NCBI GenBank assembly: GCA_964532425.1
Contig: CAZHIA010000002.1
Coordinates: forward strand, 77,945-141,944
DNA: 64,000 nt
Direction of reading: 5' to 3'
Source of the DNA: an uncultured Candidatus Saccharibacteria bacterium
Lineage (GTDB): Bacteria; Patescibacteriota; Doudnabacteria; UBA920
Below are positions 18,020 through 28,284 of this stretch, piece after piece; within the stretch, counting starts at the first letter, position 1; every line of letters starts with the position of its first letter. A program made the position numbers and the translations under genes. The notes beneath the pieces are model-generated. The model was not told the DNA's origin, searched no databases, and worked only from the letters and a program-made list of their open reading frames with translations.

Positions 18020-18535
18020 ATGATCGGATACACGGTTGGTCCGTTTGGGATTCGGGACCATTTAAAAGTGAGGCAAAAGCCGTTCCCTGCCTTATCCATG
18101 GGATCGTTCGGTATCCAAGAAGGGTATGAAGCATTGATCCCGTTAGCTCCTTGGGAGTTCCCCAAAGAGACCTCAGAATTACGGGACTTTTCCTTGTTTC
18201 GCGCCAAAAGCGGGCAGTTTTTCATCCGTCGGAATATCTGCGGAGATACGCAAGCCCTCGTGCAGTTTACCGGGTTCGGCCCTGAGACCACCATCGGGTC
18301 GGAGCGTCCCGAACTCACCTGCGGGTTTTCCGGAGGGTTGCTTATTCGTCGTTCCGTGAAGCGCTTTTCCAGCCCCATCATTATGCTCAGTCCGGGTGCT
18401 GAATTGTTTCTGCGACTCGATCAGGAAGTTCTCGGTTTGAAAGGGAAACTGCATAAGCTGCTGTACGACGGAGAACACCTGTTCTGGTCGTCCGACTTCA
18501 TGGTTCAGAAGTTCACCTATAAAGTCATCCACTAA
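18020..18535 (+). CDS. Hypothetical protein
   Basis: 171 aa with a strong RBS ('aaaggaggggtagagagATG') and a terminator at 18549-18577. No recognisable family. Confidence 0.55.
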   Translation: MIGYTVGPFGIRDHLKVRQKPFPALSMGSFGIQEGYEALIPLAPWEFPKETSELRDFSLFRAKSGQFFIRRNICGDTQALVQFTGFGPETTIGSERPELTCGFSGGLLIRRSVKRFSSPIIMLSPGAELFLRLDQEVLGLKGKLHKLLYDGEHLFWSSDFMVQKFTYKVIH

Positions 18536-18548
18536 CGCGAACTCTTTA

Positions 18549-18577
18549 AGACTGGTCCTTCCGGGCCAGTCTTTTTC
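18549..18577 (+). terminator. Rho-independent terminator (AGACTGGTCC...GGGCCAGTCT + TTTTT)
   Basis: Perfect stem plus a T-tract. Confidence 0.7.
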
Positions 18578-18877
18578 ATAAGTTGTGATATAATGAGTAT
18601 AGGAGAATAGAGACAGGCCGCAGAGCCCGTTCTTTTTTAAACTAAATTTTAACCATGAAGAAGAAGCTAAAAATCACCCTGAGCTACATTATCCGTACTA
18701 TTGCCAGCTGGATTGTAGGTTAAAAATTTTTGTTTCATTGCAGTATTTACCCCGTTCGTTTCCCTGGAAACGGCGGGGTTTTTGTTAAGTTTACTGGTAA
18801 ATTTCAGTCATTTAAGTGAGAAATTGTTACCAATATATTTAAACAAACATACCAAACAGACGTGAGTTGTTTGGCGC

Positions 18878-21800
18878 ATGAAATTTATGATAAAAAAACT
18901 TTTAGGACTTTTCTCCGGAAAGTCCAAGCGGCGTGCGGGGCAGCTTGATGGTTCTGCGTTGTTGTTCCAGCGGCGCCTAAAACGTTCGCTCGACCTGCCT
19001 CCTTTTGGCAAGGTCCCTGACTTTGGCAAACTTTCGAAGCAAATATTTATCACTCTGTTGGCTGCCGTGGTTGTCATGGTCCCAGTGCGGGTTGTGCTGG
19101 CAGCAAGCGGTATCGCCCTGGATGCCTATAGCGGTACGCCGACAACCATCCATGTGAGCGGCTGGGGCTACAGCGGCGGCGAGACCGTCTCTATTTATCT
19201 TGGCGCTGCGACGGGAGCGCCGGCGGCAACTACTACCGCAGCGGCTGACAGTCAATTCGGGCCGGTCGCTGTTATTATTCCAGCTAATGCGCCGCAAGGA
19301 TCGCTTCCCGTCATTGCAATTGGTTCCACAAGCGGGGTGACTGGGTCGAACAGTTATTATGTAGTACAATTTACACCCATTATCACACCGGCTTCCACTC
19401 CAAATACGCCAGGCGGCGTGGTGACGGTATCGGGTAGTGGGTATGCACCGAACGAAGGGGTGAAATTTTATATCAACGGATCACAAGTCGGTTCGGCTAC
19501 TGCAGGTCCGGCCGGAAGTTTTACCAATGGCTCACTGGCCATACCGGATGTAACGACCGGAACATACCAGCTGCATGGCACTGGTTCTTCCAGCGGAGCT
19601 GATGCGGTCTACTGGTTCTATATTGGCGGATTCTACCCTTCTGCGTACCCTTCCGTGTACTACATACTTCCGGGACATGCTCTAAGCTTTTCCGGCAGCG
19701 GATTCGCGCCGGGCGAAACCATTCAAGCAATTCAGAGCGGTAGTTCGACGCCGTCTTCCAGTTTTACCGCGGATAACACAGGTGCGTTTGCCAACGCAGG
19801 TTCGGTAAATGTTCCTTTAAGTTTGGCCGGTTCCCAAGCAACCTATCATATCACCGGACTTTCCAGCAAGGGGAATGTAGATGTGAGTGTGACGGTTGGC
19901 CAGTTCTTTCCCGGGGTTTATCCATCTGCCTATTATATCGCTCCGAGCGACCAGATCAGTTTTAGTGGGGGTGGTTTTGCACCGAATGAGTCCATTCAGG
20001 TGACTGATAGCGCCAGTCCGCAAGTACTCGCTACGATCCTGGCAGACAGTAATGGTTCTTTTGCCGGTGCCGGTAGCACCACGGTTCCGTTTACGTTTGC
20101 CGGGACCACGCGGACCTTCCGGCTGGCCGGGGGATTAAGCCATGCTGAAGCTGATACTTCCGTCACGGTCGGCCAGTATTATCCGAGCATCAGTCCATCT
20201 GCCTACTATATCAATCCCGGACAGAAATTGTCAGTTTCGGGAAGCGGGTTTGCGCCGAATGAGACTGTTGATCTTACGATGGGAGCCGGCAGCCCCACTA
20301 CAACCGTAACAAATGCCAGTGGCATGTTTGCTACCCCGTTTATGAATGTGCCTTTTATGAGCGGATCGAACCTGCTGGTTACCGCCAGTGGCCGCAATAG
20401 TCACGCTACAGCCAGCGTGACTGTAACGCTGGGGGCGTATTATCCGAGTGTGGCTCCGAGCGCCTGGTATGCTTACCCCGGCTCGCTCGTCAGTTTTACC
20501 GGTACCGGTTTTGCGCCCGGCGAGGCAGTAGCTATAGGCGGGGCGGGTCAGTTGACGAGCGTTACCGCCGATAATAATGGCAACTTCACGAGTGGTACGA
20601 CGACGATCCCGTTCGGTACCAGTGGTTCACAGGTTTATACCTTTACCGGGGCTTTGAGCCATGCGACAACCAATATCAGTGTCGCCGTTGGTACTCTGTA
20701 TGCGTATGCTGATGCAGACACCTATTACGCCACTCCCGGTACCTTAATTCATGTAAACGGCCATGGGTTTGCTTTTGGCGAAGGGGTGACGGTTTCGGGT
20801 GGTGCAGCTCCGGTCCATGTGGCCGCTAATAATTCCGGCGACACCGGTCCGGTTGCGGTAACGTTGCCATTTAGTAATTCCTCGGCGATCCAATTTACTC
20901 TGACAGGCGATACAAGTGGCGCAAATGCTGTGGTGCCGGTTACCCTGGCGCCGTTTACCCCGCAAATGAATCCGGATACATGGTATACATCACCTGGGAC
21001 CACCGTCCATTTCTCTGGGAGCGGGTTTGTAGCTGGAGAGAGCGTGATCGCCAGTTTGAATGGGATCAGTAGTGGTAGTTCCGTGGCAACTGCCAGCGGG
21101 ACTATTGCCAGCCTGGCTGTGCCAATTCCGATTTCCGCGACTTCCGCCCATTTTGTTTTTACCGGCTCACTTTCAAAGTCGTCGGTGACGGTTGATATCG
21201 CCCTGGCCGGATTTTCTCCCCAGGTTAGTCCGAGCACGTGGTATGCTGCTTCAGGTTCAAACGTAACCTTTACCGGTACCGGCTTTGCGTCAGGGGAGAG
21301 TGTAACCATTTCCAGTAACGCCAGTTCATCATCCGTATCAGTGAATAGCTCGGGTGGATTTACATCCCCTCCGTTTGCCTTACCTTACAGCGGCACAGCA
21401 GCTCATTTCACCGTTACCAGTTCCTTGACCCATGTGAGTCTTCCAGTTGATATCGCTTTGGCGGCGTTTAATCCCGGGATTTCTCTTTCCAGCTACTGGG
21501 CCAACGGCGGCACGCCGTTGACTGTTACTGGCATGGGGTTCGGCGGTAATGAGAATGTGGAGGTAGCTTTTGCCGGCCAGCCACTCGGTTCAATCGTGAC
21601 GGACGCCAGTGGTAATTTTAGCCTGGTGACCACGGTCCCGTATGGTACGCCGGGGAATAAAACAGTCCAAGCCAAAGGAACCAAGAGCGGAGGCATTGCA
21701 TCTGCAACCTTTACGATCCCGCAGGTTTATACAGGCATTCAACTCGGATCATATGCCGGCGCACCAGGCAGTGCGGTGACATTTATTGGCAGCGGCTACT

Positions 21801-22003
21801 ATCCCGGCGAACCGATTAATATCATGACTGACCGGACCGGCAGCACCGTCCAGTACACCTTCAATGCCGATGCTGCCGGTAACTTCAATAATAGCGGCTG
21901 GCTAATTCCAACCAGCTTCACCGGCGGCCCCTTAGGGGTCACGATCACCGGCGGTCATAGTTTTGCTGCCAATACCATTACATACTGGGTCACCGGGCCA
22001 TAA
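18878..22003 (+). CDS. Giant cell-surface protein with ~10-11 tandem Ig-like/β-sandwich repeats and N-terminal signal/anchor
   Basis: 1041 aa, rich in G/S/T/A. The N-terminus has a hydrophobic segment, 'ITLLAAVVVMVPVRVVLAA'. The repeating unit is about 90 aa: 'Y[YF]P...PS.YY..PG..[ILV]SFSG[ST]GFAP[GN]E'. Confidence 0.8.
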   Translation: MKFMIKKLLGLFSGKSKRRAGQLDGSALLFQRRLKRSLDLPPFGKVPDFGKLSKQIFITLLAAVVVMVPVRVVLAASGIALDAYSGTPTTIHVSGWGYSGGETVSIYLGAATGAPAATTTAAADSQFGPVAVIIPANAPQGSLPVIAIGSTSGVTGSNSYYVVQFTPIITPASTPNTPGGVVTVSGSGYAPNEGVKFYINGSQVGSATAGPAGSFTNGSLAIPDVTTGTYQLHGTGSSSGADAVYWFYIGGFYPSAYPSVYYILPGHALSFSGSGFAPGETIQAIQSGSSTPSSSFTADNTGAFANAGSVNVPLSLAGSQATYHITGLSSKGNVDVSVTVGQFFPGVYPSAYYIAPSDQISFSGGGFAPNESIQVTDSASPQVLATILADSNGSFAGAGSTTVPFTFAGTTRTFRLAGGLSHAEADTSVTVGQYYPSISPSAYYINPGQKLSVSGSGFAPNETVDLTMGAGSPTTTVTNASGMFATPFMNVPFMSGSNLLVTASGRNSHATASVTVTLGAYYPSVAPSAWYAYPGSLVSFTGTGFAPGEAVAIGGAGQLTSVTADNNGNFTSGTTTIPFGTSGSQVYTFTGALSHATTNISVAVGTLYAYADADTYYATPGTLIHVNGHGFAFGEGVTVSGGAAPVHVAANNSGDTGPVAVTLPFSNSSAIQFTLTGDTSGANAVVPVTLAPFTPQMNPDTWYTSPGTTVHFSGSGFVAGESVIASLNGISSGSSVATASGTIASLAVPIPISATSAHFVFTGSLSKSSVTVDIALAGFSPQVSPSTWYAASGSNVTFTGTGFASGESVTISSNASSSSVSVNSSGGFTSPPFALPYSGTAAHFTVTSSLTHVSLPVDIALAAFNPGISLSSYWANGGTPLTVTGMGFGGNENVEVAFAGQPLGSIVTDASGNFSLVTTVPYGTPGNKTVQAKGTKSGGIASATFTIPQVYTGIQLGSYAGAPGSAVTFIGSGYYPGEPINIMTDRTGSTVQYTFNADAAGNFNNSGWLIPTSFTGGPLGVTITGGHSFAANTITYWVTGP

Positions 22004-22034
22004 TGATAAAAACCCTAATTATAAGGGAATTTAA

Positions 22035-22072
22035 CCTCCCCCACTTTCTAATAATCTAGAAAGTGGGGGGTT
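22035..22072 (+). terminator. Rho-independent terminator (CCTCCCCCACTTTCT...AGAAAGTGGGGGG+TT)
   Basis: Long GC stem after the surface-protein gene. Confidence 0.7.
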
Positions 22073-22073
22073 C

Positions 22074-22102
22074 TTGACAATATTGCTGTTTTGAGGTAAA
22101 AT
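22074..22102 (+). promoter_or_regulatory. Promoter TTGACA-17-TAAAAT
   Basis: 'ttgacaatattgctgttttgaggtaaaat' upstream of the 22177 CDS. Confidence 0.5.
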
Positions 22103-22176
22103 GTAATTTCTTCCAGGTGAATCCCAAGGACGGGCTAATCTGAAGAAAAATTCAGTTTTGCAGTAGGAGGATTATT

Positions 22177-22689
22177 ATGGCTGCTCTTCCAGTAGTAAGC
22201 AGTATAGAGACGGCTTGCGTGGACGATGACAACCCAGGGCTACATAAGTCATACAATAGAGAAAAAAGATTAACAGCCTTGGCATTACCTGGCGGCGTGG
22301 TAAAGGTGCTTGACGCTAACGATGAAGTCGTGTTCGAGAGAGACGATCTCTTTCAGGGCAAGGTCTCCTGCGTGGCATTTTCCCAGCTTGGCCATATCCT
22401 GGCTATTGGCGGGACAGATGGGTGGGCCTACATCGTAAGAGTCGAGGACTGGAAAGTCCGCGACATTGGGTGTCCGGATAACACATCCTCTGTGGTAGAA
22501 TTCCTTTTCACGAAGGACGAGCCCGAAGTCGGTTTCCGGAATGAGAAGGGTTGGGTGTTCATCCGAAACATCGTTACCAATAAAGTGCGCATGTATTGCC
22601 CGCCGAGCGGCGCGGTCGTCGAACATAACCCTTTGCATTGCCGGCCTGCCCTCAGGGATCCTCATGGGATCGGAGGGGGTAAGCCATAA
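22177..22689 (+). CDS. Hypothetical protein (GC-rich)
   Basis: 170 aa with a strong RBS 'gtaggaggattattATG'. No family recognised. Confidence 0.5.
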   Translation: MAALPVVSSIETACVDDDNPGLHKSYNREKRLTALALPGGVVKVLDANDEVVFERDDLFQGKVSCVAFSQLGHILAIGGTDGWAYIVRVEDWKVRDIGCPDNTSSVVEFLFTKDEPEVGFRNEKGWVFIRNIVTNKVRMYCPPSGAVVEHNPLHCRPALRDPHGIGGGKP

Positions 22690-22773
22690 TACAAAATAAG
22701 TTACCATAGCCGCCACTTTCGGGTGTCGGCTCCTTTGTTTGGCGGATAAGATAAAGCGACAAGGGGGAATCAA

Positions 22774-23314
22774 TATGGGCAAAACGGATACGGTACTGGA
22801 TGAAAGCCGGGCGCTACAGTTGGCAGCCGAAGGCTGCAGCGAGATGAAAGTCCTGAAGCTGGCCGCGCGGGGATGTTTGAAAGGTCTTGATGGCAGCTCC
22901 TGGACTGACGCGCTCAGATACGCGGCAGAGGCACGGAAGCAGGATCCTGCGGATGATGAATGTTATGTCCTGCTCGGTGCGGCCTGGCTGCGGTACGCTC
23001 AAACTTGGGACCGGGAATTCGGTCTTGGAGAGGCAACCGAAGTTTGTGAGGATTGGGTGCGCATGCATCCGAAAAGCGCACAGGCCCACTACATGCTTGG
23101 TTCGGTCTACGAACTGCGTGATTGCTGGAGACAGGCATTCATCTGTTATGAGATGGCCGACAATCTTGAGCCGGACAACCCAGCCACACTCTACCGGAAA
23201 GCTCTCGCATTACACGAACTTCATGACCCCGAAGCTGGAGCAGTGTTCCAGCATGTGCTTGAACTGGACCCGAAGCATACCAAAGCAAAGTTGTTCCATG
23301 CCGGTTATGCCTAA
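22774..23314 (+). CDS. TPR-like repeat protein
   Basis: About 180 aa with the RBS 'gggggaatcaatATG'. The helical-repeat pattern ('AHYMLGSVYEL...', 'ATLYRKALALHEL...') is consistent with TPR repeats. Confidence 0.45.
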
Positions 23315-23411
23315 CGCACAGCATCCGGTTATCGGAAATACAGCACCTCTGACTTCAGAGGTGCTATTTTTATACAAAAAAATTGAGGCTCGAAATGAGC
23401 CTCTGCTGCTG

Positions 23412-23765
23412 TTAGGGTTTTGCGAGGAGCGCATCTGTCTGGTCTTGGGGGATGCACGTACAAAAAATATACCCTCGTCCGTCAGACGGCTTTCGTATTG
23501 CGGGAGGCCACATGTCCTTGGCGAGCCCTGCTTTTTCAAAACTCCGTTTCCATTCCTCCAGTTTGTTTTCCGCATCGGCGTACGGTGTGCTCTCATGGGA
23601 TTCCAGCCATTCCGATTGCACCATATAGTGTCCCTCAAACAAGCTGGCAAGATTGCCACCCATACCATGGGGTTTGTGCTTGTCGAGCAGGTTCTTGAGT
23701 GTTATGACAGTTTCCACAGCCCCCCTTGTTAGTCCCATAGTATATGGCATGGTACTGATTCTCAC
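23412..23765 (-). CDS. Hypothetical protein
   Basis: 117-aa ORF with no clear RBS. Confidence 0.25.
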   Translation of the reverse strand: MRISTMPYTMGLTRGAVETVITLKNLLDKHKPHGMGGNLASLFEGHYMVQSEWLESHESTPYADAENKLEEWKRSFEKAGLAKDMWPPAIRKPSDGRGYIFCTCIPQDQTDALLAKP

Positions 23766-23840
23766 AAACGGGAATTGGGACTGGTGAATAAAGAAAAAGG
23801 AAGGGCAAGCCCTTCCCGGGGGAGTGGTGTTGGAGGTTTG

Positions 23841-24233
23841 TTACGCGGTCATAGCCTGGAGTGATTCTTTCACCCATGGCACACTGCGCCGTTTTTGCGA
23901 AAATTGTTGAATACTCAGGAGTTCTCCGTCGATGCCGTGCTGAAGGAGAATGAACGGAATGTTGCTCTGGCCCATAAGAGCGGCGGCTGCATGGCTGCAG
24001 TTGGTGCTGAACAGGCAGAAGGCACTGCCGGTCCGCTGTGTTGATGCCATTTGCACCAGTTCCGCTTCCCGGTTTGAGTAATCATTGTCATTCGATTGGA
24101 ATCTGGTCTGGGTTCCGAATACCTCCTGGAGCGCGGCACTTTCGGTTTCATTCGGCATTCTGCCGATGCAGGTGACCTCGGTCACATTAGCGATGATGCT
24201 TTTTTCCAGCAACGCGATTAAATCCTCCTTCAA
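23841..24233 (-). CDS. Hypothetical protein (possible gene fragment)
   Basis: 130-aa ORF. There are weak hints of a Cys-containing catalytic segment but no firm family. Confidence 0.25.
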   Translation of the reverse strand: MKEDLIALLEKSIIANVTEVTCIGRMPNETESAALQEVFGTQTRFQSNDNDYSNREAELVQMASTQRTGSAFCLFSTNCSHAAAALMGQSNIPFILLQHGIDGELLSIQQFSQKRRSVPWVKESLQAMTA

Positions 24234-24375
24234 GAGTATGCGATGGATTTTGCCAAAACCTCGGAATCGCGAAAGGTGCGATCAGTGTTGTGAGAATCAT
24301 CCATCGCGTTATATGACGGTAAGAAAAAACCGGACTTTTGAAATCCGATCCTATTGCTCGCAAATAAGAGACAAA

Positions 24376-24402
24376 AACCCCCGCCTTTTTTAAAGGCGGG
24401 GA
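24376..24402. terminator. Bidirectional terminator (CCCCGCC TTTTTTAAA GGCGGGG)
   Basis: Perfect GC stem flanked by A- and T-runs, downstream of rpsT on the minus strand. Confidence 0.7.
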
Positions 24403-24407
24403 ATAAG

Positions 24408-24671
24408 TTATTGAACCTTGGCTATGGCTTTGGCAAGCCGGCTCTTTTTACGCGAAGCGGTGTTCTTCTTGATGACGTTGGTCTTGGCAGCTTTGTCCAG
24501 GGTGGACATGGCTTTTTTCATGGCATCCATGGCTTCGGATTTTTTGCCAGCCGCTACAAGCTTTCTGACTTCTTTGACAGCAGCTTTGAACTTGTTTTTG
24601 ACTTCCTGGTTGTGGTTTTTGCGGCGATCTGACTGCCGCATAGCCTTGGCTGCTGACTTGGTATTAGGCAT
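24408..24671 (-). CDS. rpsT: 30S ribosomal protein S20
   Basis: 87 aa, basic. The N-terminus 'PNTKSAAKAMRQSDRRKNHN...' is typical of S20. Confidence 0.9.
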   Translation of the reverse strand: MPNTKSAAKAMRQSDRRKNHNQEVKNKFKAAVKEVRKLVAAGKKSEAMDAMKKAMSTLDKAAKTNVIKKNTASRKKSRLAKAIAKVQ

Positions 24672-24794
24672 TGCGATATCGATAATTAATGGTTACAGAC
24701 ACAATGAGCGTTGTTGTGTAACACGGTACATCGATTGTACCATTTTACTTGAAAAAAATCAAGGGCATGCGTATTCGCATACCCTGTAAGAAGA

Positions 24795-25526
24795 CTACCA
24801 TGTAGCGGTGAAAACGGCGACGATCTTCCATTCGCCGCGATGCCGCGTCGGGGGTTCGGGAGAGTGCTCTGTTGGAATCTCGGCTTCAGTCGCGTGCCTG
24901 AGGGTGAATAAATACGATGGTCCGGCGCCAAAACTGAAACGTTCACCTTGCCATCCTGCAAACACTTTGGGGTCTAAGCCGATAGCGCAGCTGGTAGCAC
25001 ATAAAAAAACATTTTCGGCTCCTCCGCGCAGCCAACGCACGCCCGGTACTTTCCGCAGCAGTTCCCAGGCGGGCTCACCAATGGTGAGAGAGGTTTCGCC
25101 ATCCTTAAGCTGGAGCCGCTGAATGCGGGAATGGGCGGTGAAATTGTGTGTGTGGACTTTGGTGGTAATGCCGAGCAATGCTCCGGCAAAACGATTCTCG
25201 GAGCCGTCCAGACGGAACGCTGGACCGACGAATGGCATTACCGCGGATTCCCAGCCTTTTTGAAGATTGCTGGCTAACGGTATGCGGAAAAACAGCTCAG
25301 GTGCCGCAAAACTGCCATATTCGGAAAAGCGCAACGCAGACAATCCGATGCCAACTGGGAGTTGTTTGCTGGGCGTGTAGTCCAGTGTCCAGGTATCTAA
25401 TTCCCGGGCAGCTGAAGCTTCGACACCGATGCGTTCGGGATGTTCTTCTTGTACGGCGGGATGATGTTCTTCCTGTTGTGCTGCCATGCTGGCTGTAAAA
25501 GCAATCATAATCAGAAATTTGCTCAT
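24795..25526 (-). CDS. Secreted hypothetical protein (signal peptide)
   Basis: 243 aa. The N-terminus 'MSKFLIMIAFTASMAA' is a signal peptide. Confidence 0.45.
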   Translation of the reverse strand: MSKFLIMIAFTASMAAQQEEHHPAVQEEHPERIGVEASAARELDTWTLDYTPSKQLPVGIGLSALRFSEYGSFAAPELFFRIPLASNLQKGWESAVMPFVGPAFRLDGSENRFAGALLGITTKVHTHNFTAHSRIQRLQLKDGETSLTIGEPAWELLRKVPGVRWLRGGAENVFLCATSCAIGLDPKVFAGWQGERFSFGAGPSYLFTLRHATEAEIPTEHSPEPPTRHRGEWKIVAVFTATW

Positions 25527-25708
25527 GGTATGGATATGGTTCCTCCTGTGGAATGAAAAACAGCCGAGACGGGCTGTTTCCGTCTCGTAGCGTATTGGAA
25601 TTCCCGTTTTGTGTCAAGGTTCTAACATCTTGACATGCAATTGTAATCAAAATAAAAAAAGCGCCCCGGTACAACTGGGACGCTGAGTGGTGTTCCGATG
25701 GCCATGGC

Positions 25709-26071
25709 TCATACTGCCGTGGCAAAAACTTGCCGGATGGCAGGCCACAGGCGTATGAGCTTAAGATTGGTCACCTGGTAAACTGTCAAGTTGTCCTGCT
25801 CCTTACAAAAGAGCCCGAATTCCACCCCGTGGGCTTGGGCTTCCAGTATTCGCGGGAGCAACGTGGTGAGCTGCGGATCATCACCGCACATATAGCATGC
25901 TTCGGTCCACTGCCTGTCCATGATATAGCGGGAAAGTTCGTTTTGTTTGGCAAACGAGGCTGGGCCGCGGCTAATACTTACGTTCCAACCGTGAATGTGG
26001 CGTAGAGCAGATTCTTTCTGGGGGCTCATCTGCTGGTTGCCAAGCAGTACAACTTTGGTGAGTTTTTTCAC
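25709..26071 (-). CDS. Hypothetical protein
   Basis: 120 aa. No family recognised. Confidence 0.35.
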   Translation of the reverse strand: MKKLTKVVLLGNQQMSPQKESALRHIHGWNVSISRGPASFAKQNELSRYIMDRQWTEACYMCGDDPQLTTLLPRILEAQAHGVEFGLFCKEQDNLTVYQVTNLKLIRLWPAIRQVFATAV

Positions 26072-26183
26072 TCCGTATAGATTCCTCCTGTCAGGTTACC
26101 TCGGGGAAGGTTAGTATATAAGACGGATCAAGTTGGGAATTATAAAAGGGATAAGCGCGAGCCTATCCCTTACTTGAGCGGTT

Positions 26184-28277
26184 TTAACGTTGATGCGTGA
26201 GTTTGCGTAATTTTTTAATTTCCGTAATTTTATCGCGGATTTTTGCCGCCAGTTCGAACTCCAAATTCTTCGAAGCCATGTCCATCTGTTCCTCGAGCTC
26301 AGTGAGGTAAAATCTCAATTCGTCCGGGTTCATGCGGGACGGATCACGGTCATCGGTTTCTTCTGCAATTTCTTTTTTGCCGCCTGCCAAGCGGGTATCG
26401 GCAATGGCTTTGCGGATACTCTGTGGCGTAATGTCATGGGCGGTGTTGTAGTCTTGCTGTAGTTTGCGGCGGCGGGTGGTTTCGTCGATGGCTGCCCGCA
26501 TGCTACCTGTAATTTTATCGGCATACATGATCACATGGCCTTCCAAATGCCGCGCCGCGCGTCCCATCATTTGCATGAAGAATGTTTCGCTGCGCAAGAA
26601 GCCCTCCTTATCCGCATCGAGGATAGCTACCAATGAAACCTCCGGCAAGTCCAATCCTTCCCGGAGCAAGTTGATGCCGACTAAGACATCGTAGACGCCG
26701 AGACGCAAGTCGCGTAAGGTTTCGAGCCGTTCAAAAGTGTCAACATCGGAATGAACATAACTGACCTTGATGCCGGCTTCTTTGAGGTATTCGGATAGTT
26801 CTTCGGCCATGCGCTTGGTCAGCGTTGCGACCAATACGCGTTGGTGGTTCTCGATGCGCGCATGGATTTGCTCGATTAGGTCGTCCACCTGGTTCTTAAT
26901 GGGCTTGATTTCGATGGTAGGGTCAAGCAGTCCAGTTGGGCGGATTATTTGTTCGACGATGGACGGGGGATCCAATTTTTCGATTTTGTCACCAAGATCG
27001 GTGACTGTGTCTTCCATACCGAGCTCGTTCCGTTTGGACTTGGGAATAAATCTGGTACTCTTCTGTGTCAGACTACGTTGGATTTCGAACTCCCCAGGGG
27101 TTGCTGAGACGAACACGGCCTGGCCGATCTTTTTTTCGAACTCATCGAATTTTAAAGGACGGTTATCGAGCGCCGAAGGCAGACGGAATCCATAGTCGAC
27201 CAGGGTAGTCTTGCGCGACTTGTCTCCCTCGTACATGGCGCCAATTTGGGGAATGCTTTGATGGGATTCGTCGATGAACAGGAGAAAATCATCGGGAAAA
27301 TAATCAATCAACGTCGACGGCGGCTCTCCCGGGGCCCGGCCGTCCAGGTGCCTCGAGTAGTTTTCGATGCCAGCCACGAAACCGGTATTTGCCAGCATTT
27401 CGAGATCGAAATTAGTGCGATGTTCCAAGCGCTGCGCTTCTAGCAGCTTGCCGGCGTTCCGTAATTCCTTGAGGCGTCCGGCCAGCTCGGCGCGGATGTT
27501 ATCCGCGGCCACTTTAAGCTGGTCTTCCGGTGTGACGAAGTGTTTGGCCGGAAAGATGGTGAATTCTTCCAGGTTTTCTATCTTATGCCCTGAGACCGCA
27601 TCGAGCCGCTCAATCTTTTCAACCTCGTCGCCGAAAAAATCCATGCGGATAATAGTATCCTCGGAAGACAGAATGATTTCAACCACATCGCCCTGGGCGC
27701 GGTAGGTGCCGCGTTCCAGTTGGAGATCATTGCGATGATATTGCAGGTCGGTCAGGCGCCGCAGCAGTTTGTCGCGCTTGAGGCTTCCACCCTTTTTGAT
27801 CTTGAGTGAGAGCTCGAGGTAATTGGCCGGGTTACCCAACCCATAAATGCATGAGACGCTGGCCACAATCAACACGTCGCGTCGTGACAGGAGTGACTGG
27901 GTGGCGGCGTTGCGCAGACGGTCGATCTCTTCATTGATCTGTGTTTCTTTTTCGATGAAGGTGTCGGTGCGGGGGATGTAGGCTTCCGGCTGGTAGTAAT
28001 CGTAGTAGGATACGAAATAGTGGACCGCATTGTCCGGAAAGAAATCCTGGAATTCGGCAGCCAACTGGGCTGTAAGGGTTTTGTTATGAGAAATGACCAG
28101 GGTCGGCCGCTGCAGCTGCTGCACGATATTGGCCATGGTAAACGTTTTCCCTGAGCCGGTTACGCCGAGCAGAGTCTGGTATCTGCGGCCGGCCGCCAGG
28201 GATTTTAGCAGGCCGTCGATGGCCTTAGGTTGGTCACCTGACGGAGTATATTGTGAGTGAAGTTTGAATTTAGGCAT
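26184..28277 (-). CDS. uvrB: Excinuclease ABC subunit B
   Basis: 697 aa. '[14 protein letters not shown]' is the Walker A, the helicase motifs are present, and the C-terminus has a UVR-domain coiled coil. Confidence 0.95.
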   Translation of the reverse strand: MPKFKLHSQYTPSGDQPKAIDGLLKSLAAGRRYQTLLGVTGSGKTFTMANIVQQLQRPTLVISHNKTLTAQLAAEFQDFFPDNAVHYFVSYYDYYQPEAYIPRTDTFIEKETQINEEIDRLRNAATQSLLSRRDVLIVASVSCIYGLGNPANYLELSLKIKKGGSLKRDKLLRRLTDLQYHRNDLQLERGTYRAQGDVVEIILSSEDTIIRMDFFGDEVEKIERLDAVSGHKIENLEEFTIFPAKHFVTPEDQLKVAADNIRAELAGRLKELRNAGKLLEAQRLEHRTNFDLEMLANTGFVAGIENYSRHLDGRAPGEPPSTLIDYFPDDFLLFIDESHQSIPQIGAMYEGDKSRKTTLVDYGFRLPSALDNRPLKFDEFEKKIGQAVFVSATPGEFEIQRSLTQKSTRFIPKSKRNELGMEDTVTDLGDKIEKLDPPSIVEQIIRPTGLLDPTIEIKPIKNQVDDLIEQIHARIENHQRVLVATLTKRMAEELSEYLKEAGIKVSYVHSDVDTFERLETLRDLRLGVYDVLVGINLLREGLDLPEVSLVAILDADKEGFLRSETFFMQMMGRAARHLEGHVIMYADKITGSMRAAIDETTRRRKLQQDYNTAHDITPQSIRKAIADTRLAGGKKEIAEETDDRDPSRMNPDELRFYLTELEEQMDMASKNLEFELAAKIRDKITEIKKLRKLTHQR

Positions 28278-28284
28278 ATAGTTA

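Noticed and set aside
22285-22782. 165-aa minus-strand ORF overlapping 22177-22689
   Set aside because: It has no RBS. The plus-strand ORF has a perfect GGAGG RBS, so the plus strand was chosen.
22887-23732. 281-aa plus-strand ORF overlapping the TPR-like gene in another frame
   Set aside because: The translation is low-complexity and Arg/Cys-rich, typical of an out-of-frame read through a GC-rich gene. The TPR-like frame has an RBS and a helical-repeat pattern.
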